Notes under the pieces: model-generated | Seen by the model: only the letters and a program-made list of their open reading frames with translations | Told to the model about the DNA's origin: nothing | The model's database searches: none | Assembly: GCA_965153355.1 (NCBI GenBank) | Contig: OZ231126.1 | Span: forward strand, 14,074,001-14,138,000 | DNA length: 64,000 bases | Source: Flaccisagitta enflata | Lineage: Eukaryota | Direction: 5' to 3' | Position numbers and translations under genes: made by a program | Shown here: one piece after another, positions 1 to 12,864 of the stretch | Layout of the letters: each line of letters opens with the position of its first letter | Position numbering within the stretch: position 1 is the stretch's first letter

Positions 1-270
1 CAAAATTGGAAATTTGTCAATCTGATTGCAGATTCAAAATCCTTGCAAAAAACTGTGTGAAGGAAGTGTCTTTCTTTTTTCAAAATTTTGATTAGAACAT
101 AATCAAAATTAACATTATCCGTCAAAATTAGGCCGAATTTAGACAAAAAAGCAATTTTATTCTATTTTTTGGTCTAATCAAAATTTCAAAAAAAGAAAGA
201 TACTTTCTTTTAATGTTTTTTTCCAAAGATTTTGAATCTGCAATCAGATTGACAAATTTCCAATTCTTAA
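1..270. mobile_element. Centre of a palindromic foldback element running off the left edge
   Basis: AATTGGAAATTTGTCAATCTGATTGCAGATTCAAAATC (4-41) is the reverse complement of 228-266. Confidence 0.7.
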
Positions 271-666
271 AATTTGACCTTATATAGTATTTTGACCTGA
301 GAAATGTAGCCGTAGCCTATCGAAATATTGACCTGAGACCATTTCTGACTGCAAATTTGGATTCCTTGCGTCAAAATTGGTCTTGTACGGGATGGACGGT
401 AAAATCCCCCAATTTTGATAAAATCCTGAGATTTTTTAATAAAGGTGTGTCCCTCGGTAGGAAGGTATGTCAGTAACCCAAAATTTTGGATGATGTGAAA
501 TTGACTGAAATGGTGATTTCTGAGCATTACTGCCCCTGTCTGGTCACATTAAAGCCCCCGCCCTGCCTCACACTGCCCCTGCCAATCCGCATCACTGCCT
601 CTGCCAATCCGCCATCAACTACTTATTGGCCGTGTATCTGGCCTTGTTTTGTTAAATACTACTTAC

Positions 667-760
667 TTGACGCGAGTGTAATTGCATTCATGGAATTCTG
701 CCGCTTTGTCTTCCCATTCAAATCTGGCCTGGTCTTTTGGGCGCAAAATACTTCCATCAT
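667..760 (-). CDS. FKTN: Fukutin-like gene exon; gene continues beyond the left edge of the window
   Basis: DGSILRPKDQARFEWEDKAAEFHECNYTRV aligns by eye with fukutin [31 protein letters not shown]. Pyrimidine-rich tag acceptor and consensus GTAAGT donor. Confidence 0.75.
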
Positions 761-1786
761 CTATCAACAGAATCAAGAATTGAAGGAATTCCAAGTTAAA
801 AAAATTGGGAAATTTCAGGAGAAACCAACCAATTCATAAAACCCTTAGAAATGGTGTAGAGGTGTGCCCAAGGGAGCTATTCACAAACCTGAATCTTTTT
901 GTTTTCGACCAATTTCATGGGGGCTTGAAATTTTGGGAATTTTGGGAATTTTGCATTTTTTGGTCGTTGTGTGGATCTTGCCCCCATCCCTCCCACCCCC
1001 AGAATTCATAATTTTTTTTCAAATTCATCCTTTTGCATTTCACTTCAAAACTTATGAAAGTTATACAATTACTCTCAATATGTATTCACCTTTAATATCA
1101 TGAAAATGCTTTCATTGTTTGTCTTTTGCCTCTTAGTAGTTTTAGAATTTTTTTAATTGGGAAAAAAATTGTAAAACGTTTTTCGATTTTTTGAGTTTCG
1201 CTTAGGAATTAATTTTTCCTATTTTCGCTTGAGGTGTTTTGGGGAAGTTGAGTCACAACTAGGCTTGCCCAAGGCTGGGGTTGAAATTGATACCGGGTGA
1301 AAGAAGGCACTTTTTTACACCCCTCTGGAAAAAAACAGGGCGCTGTCAGACCAATACTTAAGGCGCTATAAATTTTTTCATCATTTTTATTTTGTCACTT
1401 TTTCAGCATTTTTCGCAAAGATTGAGATTTTTCATTGACCTTAATTTTGGGCCCTAAGTAACAACAACAAGGCCAGATACATGGCCAATACCAGTTGCGG
1501 ATGGGTAGGAAAAGGCGGATATGCGCTGTTTCCCACTTTTGACTTGTGCTGACGGACCAACGAACCGACGGATGGACCAATGGGCGGATGGACAAAGCCT
1601 GTTATAGAATTGCATGTTCGCAACTAAAAATGAGTTCAGCAGAGGGCAGAGGAAGGGAGAGGGAGGAAGGGAGAGGGAGGGAGGAAGGGGGAAGGAGGGA
1701 GAGGAAGGGAAAAGGATGAAGGGAGAGGGAGGGAGGGAGAGGGAGGGGGAGGGAGAGAGGGAGAGGGGAAGGATTAGGAGGGAGAG

Positions 1787-2875
1787 CACTGTGCTCTGAA
1801 AACATATCATAGCAGGACAAAAATATAAGCCCGCATAAACAGATGATTATTTCAGTCAAAAAGTATGCTTTGATATGTTGACATTGTATGTATATAGGGT
1901 TTTGCCCGCTTCCCGAATCATTTAAGAGTCCCTTTCAGCTATTGAAGTCAGATGGTGACATAAAAATAACCGCAAAATTTTCCTATTTTTTCAAAAACAG
2001 AATTTCCAAAAATGCAGTTTTTATTAGATGCCTCTTCTTATACATGCAGCAGCGCCACCAAATTTTTAACAAATCATATTCAGGCTATCTTTTACCTTAT
2101 TCATAAATATCAAATACATCTGAAAAGTTTAAGAGGCACTTTTGATACTTTTTATGATAGGATGTTGACACAATTTAACAAAATCAAAAAAGAGTAAAAT
2201 GGCGAATTTCAACATGAAAAAAGTGGTATTGAATGGGTCGGGAAGCGGATAAAACCATATATATTCTTCATCAGTATGACAAACTACACCAGTTTCACAT
2301 ATTAGTATCAGCCAAAAGTGAGTGCGTAATTTTTTTAGTCGCGTGAACGCGACTCTAGAAGCCGCTATGTCGGTCGGTCGGTCGGTCTGTCGGTTGGTCT
2401 GTCGGTCCGTCACATTTTTGAAACATAGGCTTTATAGTGGTTTTAAAGGTTATTGAAGGTTATTAAAGGTAATTATAGGTAATTTTTGTTAATTATAGGT
2501 AATTTTAGGTAATTTCAGGTAATTATAGGTAAATATAGGTATTTTAGTAATCTGTATCATATAAGTCAGAAAAGTTGTCTCGGACTATAAATTGAGGTAA
2601 TTGTAGGAAATATAGGAAATAATGGGTAATTATAGGTGATTATAGATAATTTTTGGTAATTTATTGTAATTGTAGGTAATTATAGGTATTTACAGGTAGT
2701 TGTAGGTAAATGTGGGTAATTATAGGAAGATATAGGTATATCTTCATTGTCTTTATTACCTTAATTACCTTAATTACCTTTATTACCATTATTACCTTTA
2801 TTACCCTTATTACCACGCGACTAAGGTTTGTTGACCTTGTTTTGTCCCAAGGTGATGTGCTCTCAGAGCATAGTG
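1787..2875. mobile_element. Non-autonomous Transib-like element with RSS-like TIRs
   Basis: TIRs CACTGTGCTCTGA... and ...TCAGAGCATAGTG, about 36 bp imperfect. 5-bp TSD GAGAG at 1782-1786 and 2876-2880. Confidence 0.75.
2331..2842 (+). mobile_element. HINE-like element with 9-bp internal repeats (TAGGTAATT)
   Basis: Ends TTTAGTCGCGTGAACGCGACTCTAGAAGCCGCT ... CCACGCGACTAAGGTTTGTTGACCTTGTT. Confidence 0.8.
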
Positions 2876-3878
2876 GAGAGGGAGGGGGAGTGCGAGGGAG
2901 GGAGGAAGTGAGGGAGAGGAGGAGAGAGGGAGGGAGAGGGGGAGGTAAAAGGAAGGAGGGAGGGAGAGAAAGAGGGGGAGAGTGAGAGAGGGAGGGAGTG
3001 AGAGAGGGGAGGAGGAAAGAGGGAAGTAAGGAGGGAGGGAGGGAGGGAGAGAGTGAGGGAGCAAGGGAGGGAGAGAGAGGGAAAAGAGGGAGAGAGAAAG
3101 AGGGAGAGAGAAGGAAAGAGGGAGAGGGGGAAAGAAGCAGAGAGAGGGAGACAGACAGACAGACAGATAACCTCAGAAACAAAAACAATTTTACGATTGT
3201 TTTCCGGTCGGCAAGAGCCGCCTTTACTGGTAAAAAGTCCTTATAAGCGTGATGACAAATGTCTAGGATAAACACTGCAATAGATCTGTACACAATTTTT
3301 GCAAAGAGAAGGGCGTCTTTACATTTTGAATTACCATACATAAGTAATAGTGTCCTCATATGTCTGAATGCCCAAATGCGTTGTTAACCATTTTTCACTG
3401 CCCTTGCCAACCCCACCCCACTTGAGTGGCTGTGTTTCCGGCTTTTTTTCTGGCTGTACTTGTGTGTGACGTTGTTGACGCTGGAGAAACTTTTCTATTT
3501 ATGTTTGAAGTTTCACTCTTTTGAATCACTGCTTAAAGATGGATATATGGTGAGATAGAGAAATATGTATACAAGATCATTTAATAGGAAAATCAGGATT
3601 CTTTTTAGGGTGAGGAGAGAGCCCGGAATGCTCTGTCAAAACAATTACTAAAAAAGGCCTGGTAATTTGCTATGTTCGGCTTCAACTTCGGCTTCCGTTT
3701 GGCTACCACTAGCTTGAATACTGATGATCTTGCTTACTTTATCCCCTGAGTAGGATTTCTAAAAGTATTTGACAAATTTCTAAAAGTAGGTAATTGACAA
3801 ATTTGTTTACATTTACCACCCATTTTCCTTGTTTAGAAAACCCATGCTCTTCCCATTTTTAATTGCGTACATGTGTAC

Positions 3879-3937
<59 letters not shown>

Positions 3938-4255
3938 ACCATCGGCGGTGGTTGGAAATCGGGAGAAAGCTTTGGCTTTTCCTTCCTTGCCAAAGGCTGG
4001 AATCCAGTAAAACCCAGAGTCAATTTTGTCTTCTTTTCCCCGACGATAGACGACCGAAATCATTGCTATCACGTCTGCTGATCTGTCATAAAAACAGGAT
4101 CGGATAGAAAATAGTGCCTTGGCGTGCTAAGTGACTCATTACTTTGATATGTTGGTTAGTCGGTATTTCACGCTCATACTTTTTTGGCCTCATTGCCTCC
4201 TGGTCTTCTTCACTACCCCTGCTCATCCTGACTGCCTTGTGGCCTTCCTCACTGT

Positions 4256-5667
4256 CAGTGTTGGCCAAAAGATATTCGTTATTCGTTATCTTCGGATATT
4301 CGAATATATATCTTTTCATTTTTTGGGAATTATCTTATTTGAAAAAATTTGAATAACTTCGAATAATCATTCTTTTTTCAAAATGGGAAAAAATGTCATC
4401 AGCTGACTTTTTTTTCCCAGCATTTTCTTATAGAGGAGGGATTTTACAAAATCCACCCTAACAAAGAATCGCTTGTTTAGCAGTTGCTTAGGGCCATTAC
4501 AGATAAATAATCTCACAAGTAATGGTCAAACTAGCAAAATTTTTACAGAACATAGATCTGTCAGGAGAGGTACACTTAAAACATGATTGGAGCTTTGAGA
4601 TTTCACCTTTGAGACTGGGATTTGAGTCTTAAGGCTGGGATTGAAGCCTCTAGGCCGGCATTTGAGCCTAAAAGGGGTGGACATACAGAGGAGAAAACGG
4701 GGAAACTTCCCCAATGTATGAAAGCAAAAGTCATCGTGCTACTACCAAACAAAGCTCATAGAAATACAGTAGGACCCTGCCTCATCGGTCCCATTGAGAC
4801 TAAAGATTTTTCAACCTTTAATCATTTTTGGTCGCGTGCTACGCGACTCTATACCCCGCTTTGTCGGTCCATCGGTCTGTCGGTCTGTTGGTCCGTCGGT
4901 CCATCATATTTTACTTTTTTTGGGTTTTTGCGGTCTTTGGCCTCACTGCTCCTGCCTAAATGATCAAGTGACCTCAAATACAGCCCCTGCCCACCCGCAC
5001 GCGACTGGGGTAGCTGTTTATCTGGCCTTGTTTAAGCTTTAAAGAGAGGTGAAATCACATAAACAAGGCCAGATACACGGCCAATACCAGTCGCGGACGG
5101 TTGGGCAGGGGCGGAAATGCGCGTTTTCCCACTTTTCGACTCGTGCTCACCGATGGACCAACAAACCGATGGACCAACGGACTGACGGACCAACGGACGG
5201 ACGGACAAAGCCTCTTATAGAGTCGCTTGTCCGCGATTAAAAACTACCATTTGGGACCTAAAAATGTTGACCTTTAGTGATGGGGAACCTTTAAAAGCGA
5301 GGCTGTATTTGCGGAGTTCCACTTTACCCAGCATAAGAAACTAATCAGAAAGGATCTTATACTTAAAAAAATGATAAAAGAAAATCATTAAAAATTCCCT
5401 TTCTATATTGATAGCTTTCATAGTGGGATATGTTTTTGTATGGGTTTCTTTGAGAGGTAAATCAGTTAATGTCCTGTTGGGCTCAATTTTGCTTTTGCTT
5501 TTGCACAAATCATTCAAAAAAGTTATTCGAAAAACGAATAAAAGATAATCATCTTATCTTATCTTCATCTTTGGAAAATTCAGCCTTATCTTATCTTTTT
5601 GTAAATTTGGCCATTTTATCTTTTATCTTATTCGAATAATCATGATGAGTTATCTTGGCCAACACTG
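4256..5667. mobile_element. Non-autonomous hAT element with nested insertions
   Basis: TIR CAGTGTTGGCCAA / TTGGCCAACACTG. 8-bp TSD CTCACTGT at 4248-4255 and 5668-5675. Subterminal TTATC and TTCGAATA repeats. Confidence 0.9.
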
Positions 5668-6504
5668 CTCACTGTCCCTGCCCATCGGAGCAGAGTAGTG
5701 TACTCGTACGTGTAATTCAAATTCATTCAATATTGCTCAGTCGTCAGCTGTTTTTCGCTCATATGCCATTGTTTGTTGATCATTCATTCTTGCATTTGCT
5801 AACATTAATGTGTTCGCAAACAGCTTGTAGATGAAAGCGAAAAAAACAAGAAAGAAAGAAAGAAAGAAAGAAAGGAAGAAAAGAGGAAGAAAAGATGAAT
5901 AATGAAGGAAAAACAGCACAAATGAAAGGAAAGAAAAGAAAAGAAAAGAAAAGAAAAGAAAGAGAAACAAGGCTGGATACACGGCAATCCAATCGCGGAT
6001 GGTTGGGCAGGAGCAGTAATGCGAAAACCGCTCGGAATTCAAAAATGTGACGGACGGACCAACATACCGAACGACCGACCGACACGGCAAGCCCATCCAA
6101 GGATGAGAAGGGCATATCATAGAAATGTTTAGAGTTTGTGCTTCTTCACCAATGTCCATGTCTAGTGATATGGTCGTTCCGGTCGGTCAATCCGTTTGTC
6201 TGTAAGTTTGTCTGAAATGCTCTCTGCAACATTTTCCTTTAGATATGGACCAAACTAGTCATGGCATTTTAAGCAAAAAAAAAAAAAAAGATTTATTTTT
6301 TCAAATTATATGGGGATTTAACTGCTTCATTTTTTAGTCGCGGACACGCGACTCTACATCTTGTCGTGTCGATTGGTAGGTATGTTGGTAGGTCCGTCCG
6401 TCACATTTTTGAATTCCAAGCGGTTTTTACATTACTGCTCCTGCCCAACCATCCGCGACTGGATTGCCGTGTATCCGGCCTAGTTTTTACTGATTCTTAT
6501 TTAC

Positions 6505-6548
6505 TGTCCATTAATCGCACCCAGTAAGGGCCAGTATAAAAACCAAAA
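6505..6548 (-). CDS. Candidate fukutin-like exon (FGFYTGPYWVRLMD)
   Basis: Branch-like CTAAT plus acag acceptor. A|GTAAAT donor is phase 1 and joins exon 667-760. Peptide resembles fukutin FGRYPGAF. Confidence 0.45.
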
Positions 6549-6577
6549 CTGTTATCAGATTAGTATGAGAGTTGTAC

Positions 6578-6632
6578 CGTTGAGATTGAGGTTCAATAGA
6601 TGAATTAGACATGGTGAAAACAACATTTAATT
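6578..6632 (-). CDS. Candidate fukutin-like exon (ELNVVFTMSNSSIEPQSQR)
   Basis: cag acceptor and CG|GTACAA donor. LNVVF loosely resembles fukutin IHLVVF. Its phase (1) does not join directly to the phase-2 donor at 8389. Confidence 0.3.
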
Positions 6633-6641
6633 CTGCTTGAC

Positions 6642-6758
<117 letters not shown>

Positions 6759-7531
6759 CCCACACAGGAAGACATGAGACACAGAGAAACAGAGGTTGAA
6801 TAACAACAAGCCCAACAGGCCAACATTTGCGTGCTTCGTTTTACAGTAATACACACACTTGCATGCATACACACTCCTTTCCCTCCTTCCTTCCTTCCTT
6901 CCTTCCTTCCCAATTTTTCCCTCCCTTCCTTCCTTCCTTCCTTCCTTCCTTCCTTTCTTCCTCCTCCCATACAATATCGATACAATATCTTTACCCAAAA
7001 ATACCCAAAAATACCTTAAAATACCCAAAAGGACCTACAGTAATTTAAGTACCCTAAAGAACCCTGTAGTACCCTAAAGTACCCTGAAGTACCCTAAAGT
7101 ACCTAAAATTACCATAAAAAGTCAAAATTTCAAAAATGTGACCTACCGACTGGCAGACCGACCAACCTACTGACCGCATACTCCCGACAAAAAATAACCA
7201 GACAGTATGAGATGCACACACCTGAAAACATGCACTAATAACAAGGCCAGATACATGGCCAATCCGTAGTCGCTGCTGGTGGATAGGGGCAGTAATGCAG
7301 GTGGGCAGGGGCAGTATGTGAGTGAGCGGGGGCTGTATTGACACCAGGCAGGAGCTGTGATGGTCAGAAATCCGTTTTTCAGTCAATTTCGCGTCATCAA
7401 AATTTTCCTATTTCACTCAGACCAAGGGACACACCCTCTTATAGAGTCGCTAGGCAGCGACTAAAAAGACTCCCATTTACGAATTTTTCTGGTTGGCGAT
7501 AGCCGCCTTCATTGGTAATAACTATTCATTA

Positions 7532-8374
7532 TCGGGAAAAAAGTTGAAGTCAGTCTTCAACTTCTTGACATATTCCAGAGAAACATGGTTTTCATTTTCT
7601 TATGAAAAAGTTTAATATCTTGATCAACCAATAAAGGCTTTGGATGAAATTGATAGGGTAAGTAAATTTGATAATTCTCTTTAATTTGGCGCCAAGCAGA
7701 ATGCTCTACCGCAAATATTTTTTGCATTTTGATTTTTAAAAGATTTATTTGCAAAAGATTCATGTTGAACCTTTTTTTCTATTTATCATAATTTTAAGTA
7801 GGATCAATAAAAGAGTGTATTCATGTTTTTTTGAGCATGCAAATACAAGAAAACATGATTATGAGCATGGCTGTTCATCTGTGAGGGTATTTTTGAGCAT
7901 TCTAGCTCATTTTGCTCTATTTTTTTTTTCTGATTTCAAATGGGATAAATGAATAATCATTTTGATACATGTTAAAGCAAGTAGATACAAAAAGCATATC
8001 AGTGAGCAAAGCTGCTCTTCTGTGAGGGTGTTTTTAAGTATAATAGCTCACTTAGCTCATTTAGCTCATCTAGCTCTTTTTTTTTGACTTTCAATGGGAT
8101 AAATAAATGAATATGTGATGTGAGCATGCATATACAAGAAAGCATGTCAGTGAGCATAGCTGGTTGTCTGGTTGAGTGATTTTGAGCATTTTAGCTCATC
8201 TAGCTCATTTGGCTCAGTCCTATCTTTCTCTGATTTTCAGTGCAATCAATACATACAATTGCTCTTAATTTGTTCTAACAGATAAAAAGATTTGCTGTGA
8301 CTGGTGATAAAAGTTTGATGAAAAGTGACCAATGCTTACAACTTTTTTCCTCACGGCGACAGCCGCCATTACTG
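7532..8374 (+). mobile_element. Non-autonomous Helitron-like element; fragments at about 29963-30355 and 33810-34040
   Basis: 5' A|TCGGGAAAAAAG start. 3' hairpin CGGC-GACA-GCCG just before a CTG(T/G) end. Internal repeats of about 140 bp. Confidence 0.6.
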
Positions 8375-8388
8375 TTAATTACTCATAC

Positions 8389-8820
8389 TTGATTCTGAAT
8401 CTGAACGTGATTTGTTCTTCTTTGTGTTTTTCCTTTTGCCAATGGAACAATCGAGGGTCCAGGCCCGTCTCCTTTGTCCAAGTAAACATTTTCTTCATCA
8501 ACGACGAATTAAGTGTAGATTCTAGTCTCTTCAAGTCGTCCTCCAATATCAAGTAACAATCTTTGTATGACTTTAATGCTATCAATTTGATTTGAGGAAT
8601 GGCCAACAATTTGACGATCGAAACTTCTGTCTTCTTCGGCGATGACGCGGAGGAGGAGAAGAGTGATGAAGAGGAGGAAGACGACGATGAAGAGGAGAAA
8701 GACGACGATGAAGAGGAGGAAGGTGAGAAGGGAACCAATACCGCTTTCTTCGAGGATGTTGAAGAGGGATGATTTTTGTCTTCTGAAAATGGAGTCTTTA
8801 ATTTGTTGTCTCCGGTCCAC
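8389..8820 (-). CDS. FKTN: Fukutin-like gene, stem exon with poly-Ser tract
   Basis: 432-nt open exon (ttcag ... AA|GTATGA). FTWTKETGLDPRL resembles the fukutin N-domain segment FQCLKIESKDPRL as recalled from memory. Confidence 0.65.
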
Positions 8821-10086
8821 CTGAATGTTTAGATTCAATATGCTTTCACAGTTTTTTTTCACTGTACATGGTCTCACATCGTCTACGTAGTCATTTATCT
8901 GATTTTCATCCTTCGTTTCTTTTTCTTCTCTTCCTCCTCTTTTCACGCCTCTTCTTCTTCGTTTTCCTCATCCTCTTTAGCTTCTTTTTCTTTTTCTTGG
9001 TCTTTGTCTTCTGTTCATCCTCTTCTTTTTTCTTTTCTTTTAAGTTGCGGACACGCAACTCTATAAGAGGCTTTGTCCGTCCGACGGTCGGTCCGTCCGT
9101 CCGTCGGTCGGTCCGTCCGTCCGTTGGTCCGTAACCATTGAGTCGGAAAGTGGTAAAACGCGCATTTCCGCCCCTGCCCACCCGTCCGCAACTGATGTCC
9201 GTGTATCCGGCCTTGTTTTAGTCGCGTGCACGCGACTCTATAAGCCACTTTTCGGTCGGTCGGTCGGTCCGTCACAAAACTGTTTTCAGGCTTTTTAAAG
9301 CGTTTTTGATGTCTCTGAATGATAGAATAGAAACTTTGTGGAGTAAATTCAAATGTTTTTTTGAAAAAAAATTTTTCGTCTGTCTGTCTGTCTGACTTTT
9401 TTTGAAAATGCCGACGCACGCGACTTAGGTCTAATGACCTTGTTTTAAGTCGCATGCACGCGCTTTGTCCGTCATTTGGTCGGTCGGTCCGTCTGTCGGT
9501 CGGTAACCTTTAGTGTTGTTTCGCCATTTCATGTCATTTTATTTCATTTTAGGTCAACAAAAGTCATAGTTTAAGTCAATTTGTCATTTTCTTAAAATTT
9601 TGTCATTTGAAAACATTGCTAACAAGTCATTGTAAGTCATTGTAAGTCATTCAAAGCCATTTAAAGTCATTCTAAATCATTAATCAATTTGTCATTATTT
9701 GAATTTTTTTTTTTTTCATAAAAGTCGTTTTAAGTCATTCTATTATCTAGGAAATAAATATACGGACAGCTGGAGAAAATTTATTTTTGTTGTGCGACTC
9801 TACAATCCACTGTTGATTGGTTGGTTGGTCGGTTGGTCGGTTAATTGATTGGTTGGTCCCTTTTTTACTTTTTTTTTTTTTTTTTTTTGTTTTTTTGTTT
9901 TTTCAGCCTACTGCTCCTGCCCTAAAGGTCCATTGACCTTCTCCAGATCCAGCACTGCTTCTACCCACCCGCACGCGACTGGGGTAGCCATGTATCCGGC
10001 CTTGTTTCACTCACTGAATGAAATGTATGTTCAAATGAATCAATTTTTAGTCATTTTATGGTATTTTGATCTATCAACGTTGTTCG

Positions 10087-11482
10087 TACAGTATGTTTTT
10101 TTTTTGTTTGGAATATTTCATGCACTGCTTTCTGACAGAGGATTTGTGACAAGAATGATATCACTCCGACTTTTTCTGCATTTTTGTGTAGGTCATAGGC
10201 ATACAAATCAAGAACTATCCAGTGGAAAATCATCCATAGAGCGCATTTTGAAAAAAAGTCCAAAATTTATGATTTCTAGCTTCATCATACATGAATAACA
10301 TTGCATGTTGGTCTGACTAATTTTTTGACAGCATATTGTCAATCCTGATCTAATTCCCTTTCATTTGATAGGTCGCACTATATGGTTTTAAAAAGAAATA
10401 TCATTTTCCTTTTTAAGCCACCGTTACAAAAATTGCAGCGGTGGTCTAAATATGAAAATTTGATTTTTCATCAAAACCATATAGTGCGACCTATCAAATG
10501 AAAGGGAATTTTACCAGGATTAACAATAGGCTGTTAAAAAAAGAGTCAGACCAAATTGAAAAATTCTTTATAAAAAATAAAGCTAAAAATTATAAATTTT
10601 TGACTTTTTTTTCAAAATGCGCTTTAGGGATGATTTTCCACTGGATAGTTCTTGATTTGTATTCCTATAACCTACACAAAAATGCAGAAAAACCCGGAGT
10701 GATATCATTCTTGTCACAAATCTTCTGTCAGAAAGCAGTGCATGACGACATAGCTTCAAAAGTTTTTAAGATAATTGAATTCTTTAAAATGTTCCTGAAA
10801 GAGATGGGAAATGCATTTTATGATGTGAAACTCATAGGACTTTTTTACAAAAGATTGATCCTTAAATATTTACCAAACTAGATGTCACTACATGTCCAAA
10901 TTATTTCTTTGCACAAATTGTGATTTGGACTGTTTCTCTTTAAGTTGCTCTCATTTCTAAACGGTTTGAGCTGCTGACACCAGATTGGTCTCAAATGGTA
11001 GGTATTTTGAAGTAGTTTTTGGGACTACCTGAGTTGAAATGGTCATTTCATATCTGAGGTAGTTTAGTGACCTTTGAATCGAATCCTGATCAAAATTACA
11101 AATGAGACATCAATTGCCTTCGCGTCTAATGTAAAATAACACCAAAGAAAAGTTTCCCTCTTTGTATTTTGTAAAATTACTGCAAATTAGCTTTAGTTTG
11201 AGACCAATCTGGTATCTGTAGCTCAATCCCTTTAGAAATGAGAGCAACTTAAAGAAAATCTGTTCAGCAAGAAACTTTAAAAAACATTGATTTTTGTTGA
11301 TTTTGATCAACATTTCTTCACTAGTCAAATGGTTCAGACTTTTGTAAAAAAGTCCTGCAAATTTCACATCATAAAATGCATTTCAAATATCTTTCAGGAA
11401 CTTTTTTCAGAATTCAATTATCTTTAAAACTTTCGGAGTTATGTCGTCATAGAATATTCCAAACGAGAAAAAACATACTGTA
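10087..11482. mobile_element. TA-flanked long-TIR (Tc1/mariner-like) foldback element hosting the 10123-10740 insertion
   Basis: Ends TACAGTATGTTTTTT / AAAAAACATACTGTA. Arms resume after the insert (ATGACGACATAGC versus GTTATGTCGTCAT). Confidence 0.75.
10123..10740. mobile_element. Chapaev-like palindromic (foldback) MITE
   Basis: Nearly whole-length inverted repeat. Ends CACTGCTTTCTGACAGA / TCTGTCAGAAAGCAGTG. 4-bp TSD CATG. Confidence 0.85.
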
Positions 11483-12045
11483 TTTACGCCCTGCTAAAAT
11501 TATCGGAAGATAGAGCCCCTAAGAACAAGGCCAAGTAGGCCAATAAGGTGCGACGTGTGGATCGTCGAACGAATGTGTTACCCCACAGACAGACAGACCA
11601 ACCGACGGACACAGCCAGTTATAGAGGTGCTTTGTCGCGCCTAAAAACAGCATTTGTAGTTAAGAAGAAATCGGCAACTTGTAATTTAAAAGCTTACGGA
11701 ATAAACAAGGCCGGATACACGGCTACCCCAGTCGCGTGCGGGTGGGCAGGGGCCATAATTGAGGTCAGTGAAACATTTGGGCAGGAGCAATAAGGCCAAA
11801 ACACCCATTAACGCCGAAAAAGTAAAGTGTGACGGACGGACGGACCGACGGACGGACGGACCGACAAAGCGGGGTGTAGAGTCGCGTAGCACGCGACTAA
11901 AAACCCGAATGCTGAAATCTGACAAAGGACTTAACGAAAATAAATATCGACTTCACGAGGCTTCTAAGCGACCTAAAAGAGGTATACTTACTACATACTC
12001 AATCTGGGTCGGTACCCGTTATCGTAGCTTCGTGTGATAGAAGGA

Positions 12046-12120
<75 letters not shown>

Positions 12121-12229
12121 TATTAACCGTACAAAAAAAAAAACCAAGAGAGATAACAACGACATTGTTACACGATAATATCATTACACTAAGAAGATGA
12201 AGAAGAAAACAATGAAGAAGAATTAAGCA

Positions 12230-12718
12230 TTTTTAGTCGCGTGCTACGCGACTCTACACCCCGCTTTGTCGGTCCGTCCGTCGGTCCGTCCGTCCGTCGG
12301 TCCGTTGGTCCGTCTGTCCATCCGTCACACTTTACTTTTTTGGGGTTTTTGTTTTTTTTTTTTGCTTCACTGCTCCTGCCCAAATGATTTGGTGACCTCA
12401 ATTACAACCCCTGCCCACCCGCACGCGACTGGGGTAGCCGTGTATCCGGCCTTGTTCATAGTAATGTCCATTTTGGCTGCTTATTAGTCGCGTGCTACGC
12501 GACTCTACAACCCGCTTTGTCGGTCCGTCCGTCCGTCCGTCGGTCCGTCCGTCCGTCGGTCCGTCCGTTCGTCGGTCCGTCCGTCCGTCACACTTTACTT
12601 TTTTTTTGGTTTTTGCAGTCTTTGGCCTCACCGCTCCTGCCCAAATGATTGAGTGACCTCAAATACAGCCCCTGCCCACCCGCACGCGACTGGGGTAGCC
12701 GTGTATCCGGCCTTGTTT
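12230..12718 (+). mobile_element. Two tandem HINE/DINE-1-like elements, representing a family with dozens of copies in the window
   Basis: T-run plus AGTCGCGT-gct-ACGCGACT palindrome, (GTCY)n microsatellite, 3' CACGCGACT subterminal IR and GCCGTGTATCCGGCCTTGTT stem-loop end. Other copies include 4826-5031, 5062-5243, 6332-6486, 9040-9445, 11704-11903, 22446-22638, 24248-24404, 48832-49006, 49293-49451 and 53057-53285. Confidence 0.85.
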
Positions 12719-12864
12719 TACTCAAAATCGTCATAAAACCTGTCATATGGACCGGTAATGTATGCTCAAATGCCACTATGACCACTCTACTTAGTTTGAG
12801 CCATATTGCAGAGATGAAGAATTTTGACCTAATGAGCCATCTAGCGCAATTCATGGCCCTTAGT

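Noticed and set aside
3578..3720. Minus-strand frame with LFLVIVLTEHSG, resembling fukutin IHLVVFHERSG
   Set aside because: There is no GT donor after the motif before the stop, and its position conflicts with the order of the 6505-6632 candidates. It cannot be fully excluded without RNA data.
8509..8946. 145-aa ORF with an apparent transmembrane segment
   Set aside because: It is an alternative frame of the poly-Ser codons of the fukutin-like exon; the other frame has matching splice phases and the DPRL motif.
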